A stretch of DNA of 64,000 nt from Vicugna vicugna. Taxonomy: Eukaryota. Below are positions 49,176 through 60,975 of the stretch, piece by piece. The stretch spans positions 2,458,948 through 2,522,947 of the forward strand of contig MU057651.1 in NCBI GenBank assembly GCA_013265495.1, in the 5' to 3' direction. The position numbers and the translations under genes were made by a program. The notes under the pieces were generated by a model, which was given only the letters and a program-made list of their open reading frames with translations, was not told where the DNA came from and ran no database searches. Each line of letters opens with the position of its first letter. Position 1 is the stretch's first letter.

Positions 49176-52100
49176 AAGAGAAGTAGCTGGAACCGTGGGG
49201 TTTGGGCTCGAGGATGTATGATAAGGTCTGGGCTCTGAACTCTCCCGGAGTTTCCACCCTGCCGACCTGAGCCTTTTCTGGGGGGGGTTCATTTTTATGT
49301 CATGCCTTCTCGTGAAACGTGAAGCTAACACAGATGTGATTCTGGGCTGAAGCACAGAGGGAGGCGGAGAATCAGGGCTGCCCCCACCCCAGCATGACTG
49401 CTGGTTCCCATGGACTGGATGGAGGGCCTGTGATTATGGCCGTGGACACCTCGGGACCCGTCCTGTGCACCTGCCGCCCCTGTCACTGACTCGTGGCTGT
49501 AGCCAGCCAGGTGGAGGCCCCAGGGAACCGAGGGATGAAACCGGCTACTGAGCAAGGGGGGTGGTTCTGACAAGAGAGAAGTCAGTGGGATGCAATGTGG
49601 AGACAACCTCGGGGCAGCCGTAACCGGGCTCCCTGCAGAGGAGGAGGACTCGCCGAGTCCCCCCGGGGTGCCCCTCGGAGGCGCCCTGCCGAGGGGCACC
49701 CACAGAACTGGAGCCAGGCTTGAGGTCTGCGGGACACGAAGGCCACCGGGCCAGGGTGGACGGTCCTCAGAACACAGCCCAGGCACCCAGAAGACGTCCA
49801 GAGAGTGTTTGCGGTGAGAGCAAAATGAAAATCAAATTCTTTTTGTGATGAAAAGAGCACGGAGGTTGAAGGAGGTCCCCCAGATTCTCCCGCTGTCCAG
49901 CTGACGGCCCTTGGGGCGATAATTCTATGGGACTGGAATGAGAGGGCATCAGGACCCTTCCTGTTATGCACATCTCAATCCTAATTCGGTGTAGGGCACA
50001 CGGGAATCAAGGGATCATTTCACGGATCTCGGGTAACTTAAAATATTCAGAATTTCAAAGCCTCGCTTAAGATGGACCCTGACAAAGGTCATTCCGTGAG
50101 GATGCCCAGCCCCTGGGAGCAACGCAACAAACTTCCCGGGTCACGGGGCTCTCCTGCCTTGCAGCTGTGGGTCCCGAGTCATTTGTAATCAGAGAAATCC
50201 TTGATCCGACTTTTCCCGCATGAAATGAGATGCTGTTAATACTTCACGTCGCGCCCTTTCAAACCTGCGTAGCCCGACGTCCCACAGCATGTATCCGCAT
50301 TTCAAACCACTCGGCGATTTGCAATAACCACAATTTTAATTCACAGGAGCTGCGTCAGAAAATGGACTGGTTTGGCCTATGAAATGCTCTGTTTCCTCGA
50401 ACTTTACAAGCTGGCAAAGTTCTCCAAATATACGTGGCGCCACGGGCAGTGCGAAAGGGCAAGTTTCACAGCTGACCCACGGTAATCGGGGTCGCCCCCC
50501 TTGTCATCCAATTGGTTGGTTCTTTTGCCAACAAGGACGGAGTGGACCCGCCATCCTTCCCTGTTTGTCTAAACGTCTTCTTTATTCTGAGAGACGTTCT
50601 CTGCGTTCATCGTATGCCTCCCAGGAAACCAGTAGGTGATGACAGCCGACAGCTGGGGGGGTCAAGGGTCACTCAGGAGGTTCCAGTGTCAAGAAGGAAA
50701 ATAAGAGATGTCGACCCCCAGGACGGGTTGAGGAGGGCACGCTGCATGTTCACGGAGCCGGCCACCCGCTCTGGGGGAACAGATTCATTTCCCTGCAGGT
50801 TCCCATTAATGCGATATCAGGAAAGAGACAGGAAGTTACAACGAAAAGGAAACATAAGGAGAAAGCAGGGCTTTGCTGGCTGGGAATTTAATTAGTTCCC
50901 TCCTGGGGGCCGATCGGCTCCACCGGCTTCCGTCCCCGCCCAGCTGCGGTGTTATCTCCCCGCTGATGGAGACGAAGGCTCAGCAGGATATTGCCGACCC
51001 CTTATCTGCCCAGCGGAGCAGCAAGGCCAGGGGACCAGCCGGCCATCGGGACCGGAGGCGGAAACGAAATGACTCACCGTGGGGCCTGAAGCCCTGTCTG
51101 CCGCCGATAGGATCTCACGGGGGCCGTGCCCACCAGCGGCCACCACGGAGGGCTGGCCACCAGGCTCCCCCCGTGACGGGCGAACACTCAAGGTGTCAGT
51201 TCGTGGGGAAGGGAAGAGGGCGGTGAGAAAACAGCGTGAAGTTCTACCCCAAGACCCAGCCCTGGGAGACGCCAAATGTCCCCGAGGGACGCTCTGCCCT
51301 TCCTCCCCGGAGACGGCGGGACACACCTTCCCGGGGGACACGCACCACCCCCGGCAAGACCGCAGTCAAAGGGTGCAGAGACTTCCTCCGCGTGTCCCTG
51401 CACCGAACACCCACATAACTCGCTCTCAGCCACGAGGGCGCACGTTCAGTGATCGATACGTGATCACGGAGTGGCTGGGGGATCTAGGGGACGGATGTGA
51501 CAGAGATGGAAGCCTGAATGCGCTCAGTCATTAGCCTTAAGGGGGCTGTTCCCTTCCGAAATGGGAACTGTGCATCCCGTGCCTCGGACCCCCACTTCTC
51601 TGTAATTACAGCTTTGCAAGAACCCCAGCTTGCCATTAGAACATTGATCAGCGGCAGACGAGAGGGCGGAGGGAGGCGTCAGGGGCAGTCTCTCCCGAAT
51701 GCACGCACAGCCCTTTCTGTCTCCAGGCGCTGCTTTTAAAAGGCCCTTTAAATGTGATTAACTCCTCGGATCCTTACGCAACCCTTCAAAGGAGGGGTGA
51801 TGGCGAATTCCACCTTGCGAGGTGTGGGGTGGATGCTAATTTGCCCAAGGGGACATGGCTAGTCCTGGGGAAAGGCCAGGACTCAAACAGGCCATCTAAA
51901 CCCAAGGCCACGCCCGTGGTCCCCACACCAGCTAAAGCCGGGGTCTCCCAAGACCCCTGCCTCTGGGCACGAAGCCACCGCCCACCCCCTCTGATTGATA
52001 GCCTCCTCCTGCTCACCGACAAGGTCTGCCTCCCTGGGCCTTCCGATCGGAGCCCCCGGCATGGAGGGATTTCCTGCCCCCTGAGCAAAACCCCGCTCCG

Positions 52101-52738
52101 GTCTGAAGTAACACATCGGAGCATCTCCCAGAAGTCACCTCTGTGTTAACTGGTCTGCGCCCCTGGGGGAGCCGAGCCTCGGTCGGTTACTCTGGCGGCC
52201 GTTTCTCAAAGGAAGCAGGTGCTTTCTGTCGGCACGGCAGGCCACATCTTACAGATTCTGCACGTGCAGGGGACGTTTAAAGGCACTGGGGCCCGCTTGC
52301 TCAGTCTGGGTTAAAGTGACACGTCAGATCAGAACATGACCGTCACGTCGATCCAGATCGAACGGGGTGGCAGGTTGGATTTTTTCAAGTTGCCGCTTCG
52401 TCTGAAATGCATTAAGGTTTTATTTTTCTCCCTAAATGTTGCCCCCAGGGCTCTGTGAGCTCAAATCTGCCGTCTCGTGACAGCTCTGCCCAGGATCTGT
52501 GCAGACGGAGAAAGAGACGCGAAGTCAGGTGTGTTTTAAGAAGACAGGCCGGGTGACCCGGAGGGTTCTCAGGCCCCGTCTGAGGGAAGTGTAATTTCCA
52601 AGAGTCACAGAAATTGGTCCGGAAATAATGTGCTGACACAAACCAGGGCAGTAAAGAAATGAACGTCACGTCCTCACAAGGAGAAGTCACTGATGACAGG
52701 GCACGTCCCACCCACGGCCCCGGGAAGCGCACACTCAC

Positions 52739-52833
52739 CTCCACTCCGTCCAGGAGATGTCGGAACTCGGGGCAGATGAAGGCACTGCCCGCGTAGGCCG
52801 CGTCCACGTGCAGCCACACGCCCTCCTTGTGAC
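52739..52833 (-). CDS. DDC: DDC exon 8 (95 bp)
   Basis: [31 protein letters not shown]; cag| acceptor and |gtgagt donor. Confidence 0.97.
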
Positions 52834-55800
52834 CTGAAGTCCAGAAGCGGCTGGTGAGCTCTTGGATGGACAGACAGACGGGCGCCCTCACCCGGCGTCT
52901 GAGCGCCTGTCCGGTCCCCATCCCTGCACCTTCCTACATACAGTCCATCCGCAGCATGTGCTGGCCTGTTTTTGTGTCCCTCACAGGATTCTCTGGTCTG
53001 AAGGCAACGATGCTGACAGCAGAGGCCAGGTGCCGCTGGCCCAAGGGCGCCCGGCACAGCCCAGCGCGTGGACGGGAGGGGAACCTGGCTTTCAAGGCTG
53101 GCCCTCGTGCCCAGCAGAGCCTTAGGGAGCAGCGTGCCCCAGCCCCGCCGGCCCGTCCACCCACATCGCCCTCTGGTCACGCCGCCCTGCCCTGCCCTCC
53201 GCATCGCACCCGCCTCGAGCTGTCGCCCCGATTCTCCCGGCCGGCCGGCTAACCTCCTTGCACGGCATCTCCGGAGGGAGGCCCGCACACAGGCCCCCCG
53301 GCTCTCTCCCCGCCGCCACACGAAGTTTGGTCCCCTCTGAACCATCTGCTGCCTCTTTCGTGGCCGATTCCTGTTTCCCAGCTGCCCTGGAATGGCCCCG
53401 CGGGAAGGGAGCCCGCCTGACTCTGGAGCCCCGATTTGGACGCGTCTGGGCGCAGTCCCCGCCTCTGGTCACCCAGCCACTGTGTGGTCTTACCGCCTCC
53501 TGCAAACTCATTCTCCTCATGGGCAAATGGACTTCAAAACCACACCCAGAACTTGAGGGGCGGCCGAGAGAACGTTCCTGCCGCGCTTAGCGCGACGTGA
53601 GCACAGATCTGGTGACAAGTGGGCGTGACCTCTGTGACCATCCCCACCTCCCCGGGCATGAAATGCACAAAGCTGGGGGTTCCTGGGCAAAGGAGTGGGC
53701 GTCCTTGTCTTACGGAGGCGCAGGGCCAGCGCCTGCCAACGCATTTGTGCTGACGGGCGGATTCACGGTCCGCCTTTGCACGCACGTGTGACGCTGGCTG
53801 CTCACACGTGATGCTGTGGGGAGTGCGGAGTGTTTCCGAGCTCTGCCGATGAAAGTCAGCGGAGGCATCGCAAAGCCTGCTTTGGTTTGATCTTTGGGGC
53901 TGAAGAGGCCACCGCAGCCAGGAGCAAGCTTGCGAGGCTGGGTCATCGGACCTGCTGGCAGCTGCGGACCCCGGAACTTGGGACTTTGGGGGCCTGGGCT
54001 CCGCCCGGCCGTGTGGCTGTCCTGGCGGGATCCCTCGGACACTGGGTCTGAGTGGCCTCCTTTTCCCTCCACAGGGAGGCAGGGAGCCGGGGTGCCACCT
54101 CTCCCGTCTTGTACGAGATCGTCTGACACACCACCTGCCTTCCAGCCCCTCTGAACACCGTGGGTCCCAGTGACCCCACAGAGACCCCAAGGCCAGACCT
54201 CATGCCCCAGGACAAGGTCCCCCAGCACCCAGGCAAGGCCACCCCAACGGGGGCTCTCAGATGCACCCAGGAGGGTGGAGGCCGCCCCCATCTCTCGAGC
54301 CCCTGTGCCTGCATGCTTCCTTGCAGGGCTCCCCTGGACAGAAGCACGTGGGCCGGGCCCCCCGCACCATCCGCTGCACCCCGACCAGCGTCCTGCCTCC
54401 CCCTTCCATGCTCCCCGGGACCCCGGTCCTCAGGGCCCCACCTTCACGCCTCCGCCTGCCCACCTTCAACCACCTGCTTTCTGTTCCTCACCCTCTCCTC
54501 AAGAAAACCTGCCAGAAAATTCCATTGATCTGCCCACATGGACAAAATGGACCGATTAAAACTGTCTCTCTGGCGACCAGTTTTGAAAGGAACCAAAAAG
54601 AAAGTGTCTTGGCTAAAGCGGCCACAGCTTGGAGCAGACAGTCTCCGGATGTCCCCTCCTGGTCAAATACCGGGGGGTAAGTAACCACGCGGAGCTGCTT
54701 TAATGGGTTAACTCTAACCCCCCCTGGGGAACGGGGGCAGCTCCGTCCTGTTCGAAGGAGGAGAACGCGAAATACGTGGTGAGGGTCAAGGCACTGGGGG
54801 CAGAGGAGGGGAGGGCGTTAACGGGGCCGATGGACCGTGAAGGCACCGTCCATCATGGGTGATAAATGTAATGTCAAAGGCAGCCTCGCGGATGAAGTTC
54901 CGCGGGGAGTGGGGGCCCTCGCCTGGCCCACCCCACCCCCCTGGATGGTGTCTGCATTTAGCACCAGGCCTGGGAGCGGAGGGAGCCCCAGGGCAGCGGG
55001 ATGGCCTGCACTGGGTGCTGGGCGCTGGGCGCTGAGTCCCCCCCGCGGGCCGTGGACACCTGACGCCTCCCGCTGGCTGCTGTCCCCCTGGCCGGGCGGG
55101 ACCTCGGCCCTCTCACCCCACAGCCCTGGGGGTCACGTCAGCCGGCCGCGGGCCAGGACATCCAGTTCCCAGCCCGACACCTGAGTCACGGGCTCTGTGG
55201 CTCAGCCCCGGCTGGCCGGGGTTTGCAGCTAACGGGGCCACCACCATGGCCACGGCCCTGAGCCAGCTGGCCTCTCCCTCCTTCCCAGCCCCGGCCCTGC
55301 GCCTCCAGCCAGCTGCCCCGACAGATGTCGGCCAGCGGCCCTAAGCGGGGACGCAGAAGCCCGGGGAGTCGGCCAGCCCGCCCCGCAGCCATCCGGCCTG
55401 CCGGCCATGGCCCCCCATCCCTCGCAGCCCCAGGGCCCTCTCTCCCTGCTGCCTCGTGTGCACTTAATTATCTTCTCCGAATCCCAGGGCGAGAGCGGAG
55501 AAGCCGGCTGGGGTGACACAGACGCGCAGTAAGCCAGGGCCGAGTGGCCCGTGTGACACTTGGAACAAGCCACACTCGGTCCGAGCTCCTAGGCGGCCAC
55601 CTGATCCCCCCAGGTGACTCCTGCCACCCGCCTGTCCCCCACCCCGTGGCAGCGGCTCCACCCATGGGACTGGCGGGGACAGAGAAGGGGGCTTCATGAG
55701 CTGATGCCCCACCTGAGGAAAGGCCTTCTGGCCACAGAACCGCCCCGCCTCCGGGCCTGCTGGGTCCCCAGGGAAACTGGAGGCACAGCCGTGGACTCAC

Positions 55801-56264
55801 GGCGCCCCTTGAATTCTCCAAATTCTCGTCTCTCTCGGAGGAAACCTCAGGGCTCTAGCTGGGGAGGGGAGGGGAGCCGTCCCAGCAAACACGCGAAGCC
55901 CACGCCCTCCTCGGGAGGAATCCAGCCTTTTCATACTGATTTGCTCCATCACTTTACGTAACTTGCTCAGCTACATTCAGGAATTCCGAAAAGGCCAGAA
56001 TAAAACCGTGCCTGGGAGACTGCCTTCAAGGACGGAAAGTTTTCGTGGCTTCATGCACAGGACCCCCTAAGAGAGTCTGAAGAGTTTTTCCTCCTCAGGA
56101 GGGCGATGTCACCTTGCAGTCTTATGTCACCGTGACGTCGCTTACAAAGCTTTCCTCTTACACAGACTGTGTGGGTGCAGCCAAGCTTAACTCTCGTCCA
56201 ATGAGCCCAAATTCTGAGTTGATGGAGTTCAGCGTAACCAGGTTTGCATCGTTGCAAACACAGT

Positions 56265-56373
56265 GTTAATAATATGTTATAAAATGTTAATATTCTATTA
56301 TAATATATTGTATTACTATTTAATTGTATTATATTCTGTGTAACATATTATATTATAATATTAAGTTAGTATT
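56265..56373. repeat. AT-rich low-complexity tract
   Basis: Almost entirely A/T within a GC-rich intron. Confidence 0.85.
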
Positions 56374-56459
56374 ATGGAGGAGAGCCCAAAGAGGCAGGCG
56401 ACTTAAAGTCCCCATGGATTGAGAATATTTTCCAAAAGGAAACTTAATCAGATACTTAC

Positions 56460-56526
56460 AGACGGGCCCCACTTCTAAGAGATTATCAAACGAGCAGCAG
56501 GACGTGGTTCCCAGGGTAGCCACCAC
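56460..56526 (-). CDS. DDC: DDC exon 7 (67 bp)
   Basis: [22 protein letters not shown](C); cag| acceptor and |gtaagt donor. Confidence 0.97.
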
Positions 56527-57569
56527 CTGGAGGGCAACAAGCAGACCGCTTTTCAGCCCTTCATCATAGTCACCCTGTAACCTCCACACGCACACACGGC
56601 CACCACCCCACCCCCAGGTCGAGCCCGGAGCCTTGAACGCCGTGCCGGGTGGACGGAGGTGAAAAGCGAGGGATGCGTGTTTAATGTTTGCAAGGAAGCA
56701 TCACGGTGGGCTGACGTGGCAACAGAAAAGCGGGCCGTGAGGCTGTGCAGGGCACTGGTAGGGCGCCGGTGCTGCGGAGGGCAGGGCATGAAGGCGTGGA
56801 CACGTGCACAGCATCCCGCGTTCTGCGTTATCCAGATCGGCATTCCTTCCAGGAAGCAGGAGTGTGTGTGTGTGTGTGCGCACGCGCGTGCGCCGAGGGC
56901 AGGGCAGCATCCCCAAGGGACAGGCTGCTCCGGGGACAGCATCCGGTCAGCTCAGAGCCCCCCCTCCAGGAGGCTGTCCAAGAGCATTGCTCCCTGACTC
57001 TCATCTGCCACCCTTGTCCTTCTGCACGATCCTGTCCCCAGGGACTAACCCCAGCCCTCCAAGGGTGAAGCTTTGCTCTCGCAAGGAGATTCCCCAGAGA
57101 CCCTGCCGATGTTGAACGGAACACGTCCAGGGTGTTCCCAGGAAGCTCTGAGAACCGTGGCCGCATGCCTGTCCTCCCGCCCAGCCCTCGGAGCGCCGAG
57201 CCGTGATCACACCTGCACAAGCGACTTGCAAGTTCCACGCACGGAGCCGTCTCCCCGTCTACACCCACCACGCTCTCGAACCCAGGGTCTGCGCCTTATT
57301 TCTTTGTTTTGCTGGGAAATCGCCCTTTGCAGGGCACAGAACAGGTGCTGAAACCCTTGCTGAGTGCAAACGCTCTCTGAGGGGCCCAGAGCATCTTCTG
57401 TTCCCAAAACCAAAGAGCCTCACTGACTGACGTCGGCGGGCGCTGGCTGGATACCGCAATCTCTCCTTCGATGTGACAACAGGGTCTTTCATTCATTCCT
57501 GGAGCCACCAGCAACGCGGTGTGCTCAGAACCGCACACAATCTAGTGAACGTGAGAACCTGGCTGGAGG

Positions 57570-57826
57570 TCTCTCTGTACAGCACGGGGAACTGTATTCA
57601 ATATCTTGTAGCGACTTACGGTGAAAAAGAAGAAGATGGATTTATGTGTGTTCTTGTGTGACCGGAGCACCGTGCTGTGCACCGGAAATTGATACAACAC
57701 TGCATACTGACCGAACTTCAATAAATATATATATACACACAAAATAAGTAAATAAATTGACCTAATTACCTCCCCCTGCAACAAAAGATAAAAGAACATA
57801 AAATAATTGTATTAAAGAAAAAAAAG
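57570..57826 (+). mobile_element. L1 3' end followed by a SINE 3' tail
   Basis: ctgtacagcacggggaactgtattcaatatcttgta...acttcaataaa, then acctaattacctccccc and an A-rich tail. Confidence 0.75.
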
Positions 57827-59386
57827 GAATGACTGGTTTGAGTGCACACTGCCAGCCAGGCCTGGGAACGCTGCAGACAGGACGTTCAGTCGTCACATGC
57901 TCGGGAGCTGGACAGTCCGTGCCCCCGACTTTACGGGTGGCTTAAGTGAGGCTCCCGGAGGTGGCTCCGAGGACACGCAGGCAGGGGCAGACTGACACGT
58001 GGCCCCGGGTGAGCTTAACTCCTGCTGTCCTGCAGGCTCAAGAGCCCCTTCCTAGCATCCGAAGCCCTGCGCAGCTCACGAGGGCGGCGTGTGGGTGACA
58101 CGGGGACCCAGGCTCTCCGGAGGAGGTGCCAGGCTGGCGGGGCCCTGCGTGCCCGGTGTTCTAGAAGCCTGTCCTAATTCTCAGAAGCCACTTTGAAGCC
58201 GGCACCTGCTCTGCTCCGGGCTCTGATTACCCCGGCTCAGCTCAGTGATGCTAACCTGATTTCAGCCGCTCTGCAGGAGGCATAATCACATTTGTGCGGT
58301 CCTGGGGCCCCGCGCCGGCCCCTCCCCTCCCCTCCCCCGACATCCTCGGGCCCAGCTGGCCGTCCCCTCTGCTCTGACACAAGCCCCGCGGGCAGGCACT
58401 GCTCCTCCTGACCTCAGCAAGCTAGGAAGGCACACCAGCGCAAGAAGAAAGGGAAACTTTATCATCACAAGCCCCGGCCAGTCCCTGGAGGGGCCGTGAT
58501 TCCAATTTCCCAGCTCAGATCTGCCAAACGCATCCTCGCTCTCAGCCGCAGCCCCCTCGGAGAAATCAGGTTGGTCTGCACCTCAGGATCACGTGCAGAA
58601 TTATAACCACCGGCCTGCATTTCAGCGGGAACTCCCCAGCGACACGTCCAAGCTCAGACTCCATCCTTCCCGGACCAGCAGCCTCTCTCTCTGGCTGCCC
58701 TGGCCCCCGGCTGCCCGTTTAAGACAACCGGTTGCACTTCCTCGCACATCCTGGGACCCTCCACATCTCTGTGCCTTTGCACGACTCGTTCCTTTCACAA
58801 GAATCCAGGGTGCGTGTGAAAATCTGAGAGTCGCTGTGACGCGTTCCCAGTCCCTGGACAGGCTGGCGAGCGTAAGCTGGAGCGGGGCCTGGGCAGCTGC
58901 ATTCCCACAGCTCCCCAGGGGGCCCCAAAGTGCCGTCAGATGACCGCCCCGGGGCCAGTGCCTTGATGGCAACATTTTACTGTCATCACATTCGACATCT
59001 CGGTCCCGACACTGAATGCCACCACGACCACAGCCAGGCAACTCCCCAAGCTTCCGCCCTCTGCCGCCCCGACTGTTTCTTCCCCACCGGAAAATGCCCA
59101 CTCGTGCACGGGAAAACCAGTTACTCCCTGGCTAGCTGGACGTCTTCATTACGTCATATCAAATTATATTTTAATTAGTCACTGCCTGCTTGCAACACAT
59201 CTCCCACAGGTGGCACAGCCCAGCATCCAGGCAGCCGGGCGTTCCTGGGTTTCGCTTTGAATTTGGCTCACTCGAGTGTCACTCATCTACCAGGACGAGC
59301 GGCCGTCACATGGTGTCACTTTGAACGGGAGGCGGAAGGAAGACTTCTGGGCTCAGCTGAACCCCCCAGGCTGGGACCCCCCGTTA

Positions 59387-59809
<423 letters not shown>

Positions 59810-60398
59810 TCATTCATCCCCTCATCCTGCAGACTCCTCTTTGGAGGGGGAGGTACTGGGCCATACTGGGGGCATTTTTCACCCACTGGTTTGAATTCTC
59901 CAGCAGCAGTGAGCTCCTGGATGGCACACCCACAGGCGCACCTGGACACCCGGGCTCAGATCCGGGCGCTGCCTCCGGCTGGGGGGCCTCGGGCAGCGGG
60001 GGGCCAAGTTCAGTCAGTGAACGCTCCATGGGTGGGGTCTGGGGGAAAGGAGCCAGGGCAGGGCAGCCCCACAGGATGGCAGTCCATCCTCTCTCAGGGA
60101 CCCTCAGGGAAGAAATCCAACGGTGACTGAAGTCGCCACCCTCTGCCTGCAGCCCCACCCACACGGTCACACGCTGGACCCCGTCCTGGGGCCCAGGGCA
60201 GGTGCAGGTGGGGTGGACACAGCCGGGCACGGCGGCCTCACGGCACATTGGCTTTCTTTTCAACTTGATCTACCATGTTCTCCTCTTTAATGCGGGCGTC
60301 TGTCTTAGTCATACCCTTAGTCTGTCCTTGCATTTGAAATGGTGCTGCCCAAACTGGTTTGATTTTGCTCTGATGTAACATAAAACATTGCACTCGCG

Positions 60399-60476
60399 GG
60401 GGCTGGATGGGGCTGGATGGGGCTGGATGGGTCTGGATGGGGCTGGACGGGGCTGGATGGGGCTGGATGGGTCTGG
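60399..60476. repeat. 10-bp tandem repeat (GGGCTGGATG)n, about 8 units
   Basis: Directly visible; abuts the broken end of DDC exon 5. Confidence 0.95.
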
Positions 60477-60486
60477 CAGGGTCATG

Positions 60487-60576
60487 CGTCAGCCCCGGGG
60501 AGGCGGTCTGCAGGCATCGTATGACTTTGGTCCGAGCGGCCAGCAGGGCCACCAGCGTGGCTTCACTGGCGCTTCC
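60487..60576 (-). CDS. DDC: DOPA decarboxylase exon 5, 5' 30 codons only (3' end and donor absent)
   Basis: Acceptor tttag| at 60577; GSASEATLVALLAARTKVIRCLQTASPGLT, then the sequence runs into a tandem repeat. Confidence 0.9.
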
Positions 60577-60797
60577 CTAAAGCAAAGAGAGGGTCCGAAA
60601 TGAGCCTCCAAGGAGTCAGGATCTCGCCTTGGGAGACGTGACCTGGGGTCTCCGTGTTTTTCTTAGAAGATGAATCCGAAATCACAGCGGTCACTCTCCT
60701 GAACACCTGGATTGCCTCTTGGGCTCTTAGAGTTGTTTCAAAGTCACTTTGTCTGTTTTTCGTTTTTTGGTTTTTTTTAATGGAGGTAACCAGGGGA

Positions 60798-60975
60798 CTG
60801 TACAGCACAGGGAACTATATTCAATTCCTTGTAATGAGCTGGAATGGAAAAGAATCTGAAATACATATATATATGTATATATGTGTGTGATGGAATCACT
60901 TTGCTGTACACGTGAAACTAATATTGTAAATCAACTACATGTCCATAAAAAATAAGAATTAAATTTTTTTTAAAA
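60798..60975 (+). mobile_element. L1 3' end
   Basis: ctgtacagcacagggaactatattcaa...gaatcactttgctgtacac..gaaactaa...tgtaaatcaacta. Confidence 0.85.

Noticed and set aside
60238..60486. Read-through of DDC exon 5 as a novel truncated isoform
   Set aside because: The peptide is translated tandem repeat plus intron, with no support; covered under the exon 5 finding.
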